Origin: a virus
Lineage: Duplodnaviria; Caudoviricetes
Direction: 5' to 3' (one strand)
IMG/VR virus record: IMGVR_UViG_3300020045_007431
Location: 1-42,835 of that record
DNA: 42,835 bases
Below, piece after piece: positions 29,138 to 37,109 of this stretch. Position 1 is the stretch's first letter, and the number at the start of each line of letters is the position of its first letter. Position numbers and translations under genes: made by a program. A model generated the notes under the pieces. The model was not told the origin of the DNA, searched no databases, and was given only the letters and a program-made list of their open reading frames with translations.

Positions 29138-29643
29138 TTGTGGCTCCTGATTTCGCAGAATTCTCTGTCTTGTTTCTTCGCCCAAAGCAGCGCAGCTGCC
29201 ATAGACATGTTTAGCTTTTGCTCTGAAGACAGCGCCTTGCCGACCTTTGCTTTGCGCATCAATTCTTTGGCCTCTTGCGAATGTCTCTTTCCGATCCGGC
29301 GTTTCGTTCCAAGCATGCTGTTCGAGATCTTCGCCTTCGATTCGTCAGAAAGAGTGTAGCATTTCTCTCCGCCTGTCGTCAGGTTGTAGCCGCCAGGAGC
29401 AAGGGTGTTGTGTTTCGCTATCGCAACAACTTCTTCGTCAAGCAACTCTTGCTCAATGTCGGACTGGAAGATCTCTTCTGCCTTGAATGAAAATTCGAAT
29501 TTCCTTAGAGCCTTGTGGACGAGCAGATGTCCTCCGAGCTTGGCTGTCTTCACATGCTCTTTCACACGACGGCTCATCGACTTGGTTGTGTAACCGATGT
29601 ACGACTTTCCGTTCGAGAAGGTCAGCTTGTAAAGACAGCCCAT
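29134..29643 (-). CDS. GIY-YIG homing endonuclease with NUMOD3 repeats (copy 2)
   Basis: LYKLTFSNGKSYIG, GYNLTTGG and HSQEAKELMRKAK motifs. Confidence 0.88.
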   Translation of the reverse strand: MGCLYKLTFSNGKSYIGYTTKSMSRRVKEHVKTAKLGGHLLVHKALRKFEFSFKAEEIFQSDIEQELLDEEVVAIAKHNTLAPGGYNLTTGGEKCYTLSDESKAKISNSMLGTKRRIGKRHSQEAKELMRKAKVGKALSSEQKLNMSMAAALLWAKKQDREFCEIRSHK

Positions 29644-29647
29644 TTCA

Positions 29648-30124
29648 TCAGCCCTTGTTTTGCTCAGGCAAGCGAACAATGAATTTGAGGTCTGTGCCCA
29701 AAATTGCCTTGGTGTCGTAGATCACGTAGTTGTACCAGCGTTGGCCGGCAATGACGGGATTGGTGTGCGACTCGGTGAATACTTCCTGCGCCACGTAGAT
29801 GCCGCGATCGGCGAAGAACGCACGCCACTTGACCAGTTCGTCTGCGGAACAATGCATGCCGAGGTGGCTGACGCTGTTGAGGCGCTCCGGATGCAGCATC
29901 CAGTTGTTGCCTTCGGTGTAATGCAACACTTCGAATTCCTTGCCAGCGAAGATGTCGTAGTTGAAGCTGAGATCGGCTTCGTTGCGGCCTTCCTGACCAT
30001 AGACACGGCCATTGGCGACAACGTGGTCTTCGGCAAACTCGGCAGCGCCGATCTCAGCCAACAGCTTCTTGGCGGCAACCGGGTCGCGTGGGCAAATGGC
30101 GATCTGTTCGATGATGAATTTCAT
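29648..30124 (-). CDS. VOC / glyoxalase-fold protein (methylmalonyl-CoA epimerase-like)
   Basis: IEQIAI, EFEVL, SHLGMH and YVIYDT...GTDLKFI match the paired beta-alpha-beta-beta-beta VOC pattern. Confidence 0.65.
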   Translation of the reverse strand: MKFIIEQIAICPRDPVAAKKLLAEIGAAEFAEDHVVANGRVYGQEGRNEADLSFNYDIFAGKEFEVLHYTEGNNWMLHPERLNSVSHLGMHCSADELVKWRAFFADRGIYVAQEVFTESHTNPVIAGQRWYNYVIYDTKAILGTDLKFIVRLPEQNKG

Positions 30125-30145
30125 GGCTGTTTCCTTCTTGGTTGG

Positions 30146-30490
30146 TTAGATGTCTTGCACTTCGATGTCGTTGATCGACAATTCGTCGCGCTCAACATCG
30201 AAAAGGTACTGGGAGATGTACGATTCGCGCTCATCTTCGCTGGAGAACTCCTTCTCGATGAAGATCTTTTCGTCTGCGACTTGTTTGAAGAAGCCAAGCT
30301 TGAACAGCTTCTTGGTTGCCAGCTCATTCACAGACACATTGTACGATCCGACTTCAACGAACACCGGGCCGAATGGTCCAGGGAACATGATGCTGACGAC
30401 ATTGTTGTCTACAGTCTTGAACTGGATCTGGCCTCCAGAGGCGTTGGCGATCTGCGTGAGACGATCGGCTTGGATTTTCTTGAGTTTCAT
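30146..30490 (-). CDS. Hypothetical protein
   Basis: 114-aa ORF with SD GAAAGG that fills the gap in the operon. Confidence 0.6.
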   Translation of the reverse strand: MKLKKIQADRLTQIANASGGQIQFKTVDNNVVSIMFPGPFGPVFVEVGSYNVSVNELATKKLFKLGFFKQVADEKIFIEKEFSSEDERESYISQYLFDVERDELSINDIEVQDI

Positions 30491-30515
30491 TTTGAGCCCT
30501 TTCTGAGTTGTGAAA

Positions 30516-31205
30516 TTACAGGCCGTACGGAATGTCGCAGCCAGTCAGCGCCTTGTGGTGCGCCTTGTCCTGCAGGAGGAACGCGATGAACTCGGCCACC
30601 TGCTTAGGATCGGTTTCTTCACCAGCCAACAGGCCAGCGAGTTGATAGCGTTGCGCCTCTTCGATCGTCCAGCCACGAGTGCGCACGACTTCGGCGTCGA
30701 TATGGCGGCTCATCTCGGTGTCGCGCAGCTTGTTGGGGCTGACGGAAAACACGGTGATGCCGTGACGCCGGGTGAGCTCACGCGCCATCTGCTTCGTCAT
30801 GATGAGCGCAGCGCCCTTGGAGGCGTTGTAGCAGATCGACGAAGTCATCGGCATGTGGGCAGCGTTGCTGACGATGTTGAGGATGGTGCCTTTGCTTTCG
30901 ATCAGCACCGGCAAGAAGGCCTGCGACATCTTCATGATGCCCTTGGCATTGGTATTCACGACACGATCCCAGAGGCCGTCGGAAACGTCCTCCAACATGT
31001 CGATGCCATTGACACCGGCGCAGTTGATCAGGACGTCCAGACCACCGCAGGACTCGACAAGTTCAATCGTCTCGCTGCTCGGGTTGAGAACGTCTTTGCC
31101 GTCCTTGATGTCGTATTCGTACACATTGTGACCTGCGTCACGAAGGGCTTTGACGATTGCCAAGCCAAGGCCGTTGCTGCTGCCAGTTACCAGAATGCTG
31201 CTCAT
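30516..31205 (-). CDS. Classical short-chain dehydrogenase/reductase (SDR)
   Basis: TGSSNGLG (TGxxxGxG), NCAG, catalytic Ser in IVSN and YNASK (YxxxK). Confidence 0.93.
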   Translation of the reverse strand: MSSILVTGSSNGLGLAIVKALRDAGHNVYEYDIKDGKDVLNPSSETIELVESCGGLDVLINCAGVNGIDMLEDVSDGLWDRVVNTNAKGIMKMSQAFLPVLIESKGTILNIVSNAAHMPMTSSICYNASKGAALIMTKQMARELTRRHGITVFSVSPNKLRDTEMSRHIDAEVVRTRGWTIEEAQRYQLAGLLAGEETDPKQVAEFIAFLLQDKAHHKALTGCDIPYGL

Positions 31206-31657
31206 GCTTGCTCTCCTTGTTGTTCAATAACGATTGCCTCGATCATTGCGCTGTACACGCCATCGTCGTGGATGCTGTCTTGGTGCGTCAGGTTGCTGAT
31301 GGCGAAGCGGGAAAGCTTGACCAGCTTCAACTCGAACAGATGGAACTGGTCGCTGTGCAGAACCTCCTTCGGCACGCCGTTGGGGAAGAGAACCGCCATC
31401 AGCTTGCCGACCATCTTGTAGTTGTCGCCATACACTGCGTTGCGCTGGCGGAAGGTGTCGGCCATCTCGTCCAGGATGAACCCGGCGTCCTTCTTGAAAC
31501 CGCCGACAGGCTTGGCGAACTGCTTCTGGACTGGGCCATCGGCCACACTGTTGGCAGCGCAGCTGCGCATTTCCTTGCAATGGAAACAGTCACGTTCTGC
31601 AACCGTCTGGCCTTGAATGTACTGGTTGAAGCAGGACGGTTTTTCTTCGTTGCTCAT
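31202..31657 (-). CDS. All-alpha NTP pyrophosphohydrolase-like protein (MazG-like; DUF6378 or nucleotide-modification-associated domain)
   Basis: RNAVYG...KLSR...DSIHDDGVY pattern; short Cys-rich N-terminal extension. Confidence 0.6.
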   Translation of the reverse strand: MSNEEKPSCFNQYIQGQTVAERDCFHCKEMRSCAANSVADGPVQKQFAKPVGGFKKDAGFILDEMADTFRQRNAVYGDNYKMVGKLMAVLFPNGVPKEVLHSDQFHLFELKLVKLSRFAISNLTHQDSIHDDGVYSAMIEAIVIEQQGEQA

Positions 31658-32154
31658 TATTGCTCCTGGTGGGTGAGAAGAATCTTGCTGGGCGCAGTGT
31701 AGGCGCAGGTGTCGTGGATCTTGCGAACCTCGGCAGGGATGCCAAGCTTCTTGTACATCTCGACAACGTCGTCACGGTCGTCATAGGCGCAGACGATCTT
31801 GCCGGGATCCACACCCATGCCCTGAATCAACTCTACGAGGAACCGGCGCTTCAATTCCTTGCTGTGAGTGTGGTCGTTGTTGTCGCGCATGAACAGCAGG
31901 CTGAAGTTGATGCCGTTGCGCTTGAGCCATTCGGCAGTCGGCGCACCGTAGAACTTCGGACGAGCGGTGAAGACCACGATGTCGTGCGGCACCAAGCAGT
32001 TGAAGAGATCGGTGTTGCCCGGCTCGTCGAAGGCTGCAAGGCCGTGGTAGTTGTGGTAACGAGCGGTCGGGTTGTCCTGCTCCCAGTCGATTTCCTTGAT
32101 GCGCCACTCGTCGTTGGCGATGCAGTTGTCAAGATCCAGAATGATGATGCTCAC
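31657..32154 (-). CDS. HAD-family phosphatase (T4 PseT phosphatase or nucleotidase-like)
   Basis: ILDLDNC (DxD), FTARP, TAEWL, K and YDDRDDV motifs; no kinase domain. Confidence 0.85.
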   Translation of the reverse strand: MSIIILDLDNCIANDEWRIKEIDWEQDNPTARYHNYHGLAAFDEPGNTDLFNCLVPHDIVVFTARPKFYGAPTAEWLKRNGINFSLLFMRDNNDHTHSKELKRRFLVELIQGMGVDPGKIVCAYDDRDDVVEMYKKLGIPAEVRKIHDTCAYTAPSKILLTHQEQ

Positions 32155-32306
32155 TTGAAAAGTCTCCCTAAAAGTTTCATTGATTCACGAGTTGCCGCCT
32201 TGCGCACGACTCGCTTGGCGATGGCCTTCGGCCCACGGCTGACAGCATTGACGTCTCCGAGGATCGAAGCCAGCCGGTAGAGCATGCGCCTGACGGTATT
32301 GATCAT
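32151..32306 (-). CDS. Small basic hypothetical protein
   Basis: 51-aa ORF MINTVRR... coupled on both sides by start/stop overlaps. Confidence 0.5.
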   Translation of the reverse strand: MINTVRRMLYRLASILGDVNAVSRGPKAIAKRVVRKAATRESMKLLGRLFK

Positions 32307-32557
32307 TTGCGGCCTGCCTCCTTGCACTTGGCGCGTTCCCAGCTGTTGCCGACGGTGTTGCAAACCGCAGGCGTGTCGCCAAGCTTGACCCGGCAGGTCT
32401 GGCGTTGGTCGTAGGAGCCGATGGCCGAACACTGGTTGCGGCTCTTGGATTGCGTTGCCTTGCAGAGCTCACGCTCGTTCTTGTCCTTCACGGCGCTGCA
32501 GTCGTAGGCCAGAGCGACAGTCGGCAAGAGCAGCAAAGCGATGAGGATTGCTTTCAT
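32303..32557 (-). CDS. Secreted Cys-rich repeat protein
   Basis: Signal peptide MKAILIALLLLPTVALA; three C-x2-[IV]-x5-R-x2-C repeats; SD AAGGAG. Confidence 0.65.
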   Translation of the reverse strand: MKAILIALLLLPTVALAYDCSAVKDKNERELCKATQSKSRNQCSAIGSYDQRQTCRVKLGDTPAVCNTVGNSWERAKCKEAGRK

Positions 32558-32751
32558 TGCTGTTTCTCCTTCTCGTGGAAGCGACGAGGAAACCAGTCGC
32601 AATAAGTGTCTTCCGGCTTGTGGCCGAAAATCATGCAGCAGCGCCGTTCATGAACGCAGTCGCCGCAGGTTTTGCCTTGCGGCAATTCCATGCAGGTTTC
32701 TTCATTGCATGCCTTGTCGGCACAGCATCCGTGATTGCTGGCCATGATCAT
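32554..32751 (-). CDS. Small Cys-rich hypothetical protein
   Basis: CGDCVH..C...CDW.P.RF pattern; coupled to the thyX stop. Confidence 0.55.
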   Translation of the reverse strand: MIMASNHGCCADKACNEETCMELPQGKTCGDCVHERRCCMIFGHKPEDTYCDWFPRRFHEKEKQQ

Positions 32752-33464
32752 CCCTTCCGCATCTTGTCTACGATCTTCAGCAACTCGCCCTTCTTCAGCA
32801 GGTTGCCTCCGTACTCACGCTGGGCGAACGCTTCGATCTCGGCGAAGTAATCCCGGCCTTGCTGAAACAGAAACTTCTCAGCCCAAGGATGAACGCGCAA
32901 GACCTCATTGACCATGCCGTTGATCACCTTCTGGTATTCAGACTGCGTGCGACCTCCGGTGCGGCTCTTGGCCAGATCGACGAACGTGCGCAGGTTGAAC
33001 TTGCAGACGATGTTGGTGGCGATGTTCGTCGGAAGGATACCACGAGCGTCTTCCGGCGCTTGGCCGATGTCGATCAGGAACTTGTAGGTCTTCTTGATCT
33101 CGTCCAGCAGCAGATCGATGGAGGCGCGAGCCACCTTGTTTTCGAGGTTGCGCTCGGTGTAGACATAATCAAACTCACCCATGTCGAGCACGCGCATCGT
33201 TTGCTGAGCGTAGCTAGCGGCTCGGGTGCGAACCTGCTGATGAGTGTAGGCGCGGCTGACACCTTCGACGAGGAATGTGTACGAAACAAACTCCCAGCTG
33301 GAAGGGATCGTGTTGGCCATGTATTCAAGTTCGGCCAACTTCTTTTCTTGTGGCCAATTCTTGATCTCGTCCATCAATCCCGGACTCATCGTGAGGCGGG
33401 TCTGTTTGGTGAAAAGAAGAACGTCTTCGGCGTTCTGGGTGTGATCTATCAGACTAACTTTCAT
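32748..33464 (-). CDS. thyX: Divergent flavin-dependent thymidylate synthase (ThyX-like)
   Basis: SSWEFVSYTFLVEGVSRAYTHQQVRTRAASYAQQTMR, EDARGILP and NLR motifs; canonical RHRxxSxxxxSxR appears as RTRxxSxxxxTxR. Confidence 0.85.
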   Translation of the reverse strand: MKVSLIDHTQNAEDVLLFTKQTRLTMSPGLMDEIKNWPQEKKLAELEYMANTIPSSWEFVSYTFLVEGVSRAYTHQQVRTRAASYAQQTMRVLDMGEFDYVYTERNLENKVARASIDLLLDEIKKTYKFLIDIGQAPEDARGILPTNIATNIVCKFNLRTFVDLAKSRTGGRTQSEYQKVINGMVNEVLRVHPWAEKFLFQQGRDYFAEIEAFAQREYGGNLLKKGELLKIVDKMRKG

Positions 33465-33795
33465 ATCGTGTTCCTTTCCGTTTGATGCTGTTTTCACGGT
33501 GCTCTTCCCACATGACATTTCCTTCTTCGTAACCGATCGCATGCTTGATCCGACCAACACTCGGCTTTTCAAGATCGAACGGAATCGGCCCGATCTCTTT
33601 CAAGAAGCCAACAAAACCTTCAAGGCTTCTAGGCCATTGGATGGACGGAGACTTGCCGTCACGAACTCGGTCATGCATGCGCTTGAACGCGGCGAGTTCA
33701 GAAGACCAACGAGCATCAACGATCTTCCAATAGAAGTTCTTGTGCTTCGTCTCGGGATAAGGCTTCTTGTTCTTTGCGCCCGTTGGTCTTGGCAT
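33454..33795 (-). CDS. Degenerate HNH-like endonuclease
   Basis: F..F..EIGP...SVGRIKHAIGYEEGNVMW...EN resembles the SIDRID..GY..GN..W family but with the Asp residues replaced. Confidence 0.55.
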   Translation of the reverse strand: MPRPTGAKNKKPYPETKHKNFYWKIVDARWSSELAAFKRMHDRVRDGKSPSIQWPRSLEGFVGFLKEIGPIPFDLEKPSVGRIKHAIGYEEGNVMWEEHRENSIKRKGTRYES

Positions 33796-33807
33796 TTTGA
33801 TTGCTCC

Positions 33808-34806
33808 TTACGCAGCCAGAGCCAACAGCTTGTCGGCGACGCTGGTTTTGAACTTGGCGCGGTCGGTGAGGTGGGCGCGTTCGAATGCCCGGCTCTTGTC
33901 GCCCTTGCCACCGGATTCGTGGTCGAAGTATTGCGTCACGGCATTGACCAAGCCCCAAGCAGTTCCCTTGCTGGAGCGGTAGTCGTTGCCAAGGCTGGCA
34001 CCATCGTAGAGTTGGATGATGCGACGCAGGACGGAAGAGGCTTCCAGCATCTCGCCTTGCTCCATGTCTCCGCCTTCCTTGTTCTTCCATTCGGCCTTGA
34101 GCTCGTCCGCAATGGTCTGGATGGCGAGGTCACGGTCGATCTTGAACTTGGCGAGCAGGTTGATGTTGCCGATGAAGTTCTCCCAAGCCCCGGCGACCAG
34201 ACCAAGCTGTTGCTTGACGCTTTCGGCTTCGAAGTTGGCAGAATGAGGAACACGGATACGTGCCTTGTTGGCATCAGCGCCGATGGACATGCGCAACGTG
34301 TTGTTGCAGACGACGCGGACGGAGGTCAGATGCACCGCCGTGGCCATGGAGCCGTCGCACGATGACGCCATCAGGAGGTAGGGCTTGATCTCGTCCTGGC
34401 CCATGATGCGAACGGCTTCCCCGGTGCGAGCCAGCGCCCAGAACTTGCGACCGCCGAACAGGCAACCGGCTGTCTCCATCTTGAATCCTTGGTCTGCGAT
34501 CAGGTCACGGAAGAACTCCATCACCTCGCCCGGATGGACGATCTTGTATTCATTGGAGACGACGCCGAGAGCGGCGCTGTTGTCGCTGCGGAACAGAACC
34601 TTGCGATCAGGGAAGAACAGCTGGGTGTTATCCTTGCCCTTGTAGATCAGGTCGGACTCGCCGACGTTCCAGTCCATGCCTGCTTCAACACGCCAAGTGG
34701 CGAGGTCAGCATCTTCGGTCAGCTGACGACCAAGGCCGTGCCAAGGAACGGAACCAACGTAGGCCATGTTGGCCTTGCCGTTGCTCATGTCGATTTCGTG
34801 TGCCAT
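33808..34806 (-). CDS. DUF932-family protein
   Basis: PWHGLG, LGVVSNEY, TAGCLFGG, SCDGS, VRVVCNNTL and GTAWGLVNAVTQYFDH motifs. Confidence 0.88.
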   Translation of the reverse strand: MAHEIDMSNGKANMAYVGSVPWHGLGRQLTEDADLATWRVEAGMDWNVGESDLIYKGKDNTQLFFPDRKVLFRSDNSAALGVVSNEYKIVHPGEVMEFFRDLIADQGFKMETAGCLFGGRKFWALARTGEAVRIMGQDEIKPYLLMASSCDGSMATAVHLTSVRVVCNNTLRMSIGADANKARIRVPHSANFEAESVKQQLGLVAGAWENFIGNINLLAKFKIDRDLAIQTIADELKAEWKNKEGGDMEQGEMLEASSVLRRIIQLYDGASLGNDYRSSKGTAWGLVNAVTQYFDHESGGKGDKSRAFERAHLTDRAKFKTSVADKLLALAA

Positions 34807-34837
34807 TTCAAATCCTTTCTAAGTGGTGGTGTGAATG

Positions 34838-34853
34838 GGGAGGCGAACCTCCC
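34838..34853 (-). other. UUCG-loop hairpin in the intergenic leader
   Basis: GGGAGG-TTCG-CCTCCC on the minus strand; no U tract. Confidence 0.5.
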
Positions 34854-34863
34854 TGTGCTGCGA

Positions 34864-35568
34864 TTACTTGAGCGACAGTTCCTTCTGCTCGACCAAGGAG
34901 AATTTGTAGGTCTTGTCGCCGGACTTGTATTCCTTCTTGCCTTCGGCCTTCAGCGCCATGCGGAACTTGATGTGGCTGGATTGCGGCAGATTGAGCTTCT
35001 TGAAGGCGTCCAATGTGGAGCGGTAGATGCCAACTTCCTTGCCGTCGAGCACGACCTTGACGTTGTGGCGCTGTGCGCGCTTGGCGGCGACTTCAGGGTT
35101 GTTCCAGGATTCGCTGATGCCCTTGCTGCGGGTGGTGCTGACGGCAGGAGCCTTGTAGATCTTGCCTGTGTCGCGCCAGTATTCGGTTCCGCAGTGGTGG
35201 CAGAAGTTGCGCTCGTCACCGGCCTTGGTTCCGTCCAGACCGGCAGCAGTTTGGTCTTCGGTCGCCTTGCAGGTCGGGCAACCATCCACAGCGTAGTCAT
35301 AGGACTTCTTCTCTGCTTGCGGAACGACGATCTTGGCCGGTTCGTGACGACGGTCAGCACCCTTGCGCTCGTCGGTCTTCACAGCTGCGGTTTTGTTCTT
35401 GACGGACTCTTCAGCTTCGAGGTCAGCAACCATCTGGCGAACGCGCAGTTCAGCAGTGGCGCGATCAGCAAACTTGGTCACGACCTTCTTGCCAAAATGA
35501 GCAGCGTTGGCGTTGTAGAAGGCTACCAGATCCTTGGTGGCGGCAGTTTCAACATTGATGGTTTTCAT
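34864..35568 (-). CDS. Basic hypothetical protein with a zinc ribbon
   Basis: CPTC...CHHC; K/R-rich; own promoter and SD GGAG. Confidence 0.7.
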   Translation of the reverse strand: MKTINVETAATKDLVAFYNANAAHFGKKVVTKFADRATAELRVRQMVADLEAEESVKNKTAAVKTDERKGADRRHEPAKIVVPQAEKKSYDYAVDGCPTCKATEDQTAAGLDGTKAGDERNFCHHCGTEYWRDTGKIYKAPAVSTTRSKGISESWNNPEVAAKRAQRHNVKVVLDGKEVGIYRSTLDAFKKLNLPQSSHIKFRMALKAEGKKEYKSGDKTYKFSLVEQKELSLK

Positions 35569-35615
35569 GATTCACTCCAATTTAAGTTGTCCCGGTCTTG
35601 AATGACCGTGACGCT

Positions 35616-35645
35616 ATTCTGCCTGAAGTTTTCAGACAAAGGCAA
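35616..35645 (-). promoter_or_regulatory. Sigma70-like promoter with a palindrome in the spacer
   Basis: TTGCCT-N18-CAGAAT; spacer contains CTGAA-AAC-TTCAG. Confidence 0.55.
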
Positions 35646-35648
35646 CAA

Positions 35649-36539
35649 CTATTTTGCGTGATGGCGCAACCTCTCGTAACTGCTTGTATTCATTAGCTTT
35701 TTCAGAACAGCAACATCCTGCAAAACATCATCGAGCAAAATATTTCTGAACGTTCCGAAGCGCCCAAGCGAGAAAATCCTGTGTTGATTGGTCATCTGAA
35801 GGATGAAATTCTTGCGCCAGTTGTCGTCTATCTTGGCGATCTTGCCGAAGCCTTGCTTGACCTTTTCGATCGGCTCGCAGTCTGCGTTCTGAATGCCAAA
35901 GGCAGGGAAGAAGTCGTAGTCGTCTGCTTCATCAACATATTCGGCGATCAGAAGGTCGCCTGTGATGCTGACTCTGTACAGGCTCGTTTTCGGATCTGGG
36001 AAATAAACACTTTGAAAGACGTCAGCCCCAGGAATTCTCCAACGCCGCACGACGATTGGTGCGAACTTGAATTCTGGCGCATCTTGAATTCCAAGGATTT
36101 TCACCAACGAAGGCATCGGCATCGTGCTGATGATCGGCTCGTCTGACCCAACAAGTTCATCTTTTGAAACAGGATGATTCCATTGGATCCTTCCATAACA
36201 ACGCTCGACCAGTTGGCCGATGAAGTCTTCCGGAGCGATGAATCTGTCTGCTGGATCAAGATTCCAAATGCTCCTGTCAGCCAATTTCCCTATTACCTTC
36301 TTGGAATAGAAATTGGCCAGCTGGATTGACGGCTGAACGAACTTGCCTTCAAACCAAACACCCTTGTTTACACGAACACGACGGAAGTCTATTCCAACCG
36401 CGTCTCCAACCGCAGACGAGCGAAACCGCAACACAGCCTTGTGCTGCGAAGAACCTTCAGCCCCGGCCTCTACGATCTTCGATGTTTGAAAAACACAACC
36501 TGCTATCAACCCTGCGAGACCAGCTCCAACGATCTTCAT
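35649..36539 (-). CDS. FAD-dependent oxidoreductase (UDP-galactopyranose mutase or amine oxidase-like fold)
   Basis: IVGAGLAGL...IVE dinucleotide-binding motif; IISTMP; C-terminal SLGRFGTFRNILLDDV resembles the UGM GR motif. Confidence 0.75.
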   Translation of the reverse strand: MKIVGAGLAGLIAGCVFQTSKIVEAGAEGSSQHKAVLRFRSSAVGDAVGIDFRRVRVNKGVWFEGKFVQPSIQLANFYSKKVIGKLADRSIWNLDPADRFIAPEDFIGQLVERCYGRIQWNHPVSKDELVGSDEPIISTMPMPSLVKILGIQDAPEFKFAPIVVRRWRIPGADVFQSVYFPDPKTSLYRVSITGDLLIAEYVDEADDYDFFPAFGIQNADCEPIEKVKQGFGKIAKIDDNWRKNFILQMTNQHRIFSLGRFGTFRNILLDDVLQDVAVLKKLMNTSSYERLRHHAK

Positions 36540-37006
36540 GCTTGTTCCTTTCTCAGTTGTTCATAATATCTTTTCTTCGACTCTGACATCCGCCTGCATG
36601 ATTCTTCAGAGCGCTTCTTTCCTGTTCTGGCAGACAAAATCCTTTTCCTGTATTCTTCGTCGCACCACACTGCTTTCTGAGCAGATGAAACTTTCTGCCT
36701 TGCTGAATGCAACCCCATAGGAGAAATCTGTCCTCCTTCCAGTGTGTTGTAACCTGCCGGAAGCAAAGTTCCGTACACCTTGATGGCGCGGATCTCGGCT
36801 TGAGCAAGATCGTCATCTTCTAACACAGCCAAAGTGGTCAAGGTTGGTTCGCCATGCTTGCGCCACGCCTTATATAAAGGAGTTGAGACACCCTTGCGAG
36901 CGTTCGCCCTGTGATTGCCGAATCGCCGTGCGGAATCCTTGGTCGTGATCCCGATGTAGGACTTGCCGTTGGCGAAATCCAGCTTGTACAGATGTCCCAT
37001 GTTCAT
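36536..37006 (-). CDS. GIY-YIG homing endonuclease (copy 3)
   Basis: LYKLDFANGKSYIG, RFGNH, EIRAI and GYNTLEGG motifs. Confidence 0.88.
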   Translation of the reverse strand: MNMGHLYKLDFANGKSYIGITTKDSARRFGNHRANARKGVSTPLYKAWRKHGEPTLTTLAVLEDDDLAQAEIRAIKVYGTLLPAGYNTLEGGQISPMGLHSARQKVSSAQKAVWCDEEYRKRILSARTGKKRSEESCRRMSESKKRYYEQLRKEQA

Positions 37007-37027
37007 TCCATTTAAGTTGTTCGTTAT

Positions 37028-37056
37028 ATTATGCCCTAAATATAGGGCTTGCGCAA
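37028..37056 (-). promoter_or_regulatory. Leftward sigma70-like promoter of the divergent control region
   Basis: TTGCGC-N17-CATAAT with a GCCCTA...TAGGGC palindrome in the spacer; AT-rich upstream sequence. Confidence 0.6.
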
Positions 37057-37079
37057 TTTATTTTTAGATGCGAAAATAG

Positions 37080-37109
37080 TTGCCGCCAGCGACGTTTTTC
37101 GAAGATAAT
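37080..37109 (+). promoter_or_regulatory. Rightward sigma70-like promoter of the divergent control region
   Basis: TTGCCG-N18-GATAAT. Confidence 0.5.

Noticed and set aside
33499-35601. 288-aa and 370-aa plus-strand ORFs
   Set aside because: Antisense to well-supported minus-strand genes; no recognisable domains
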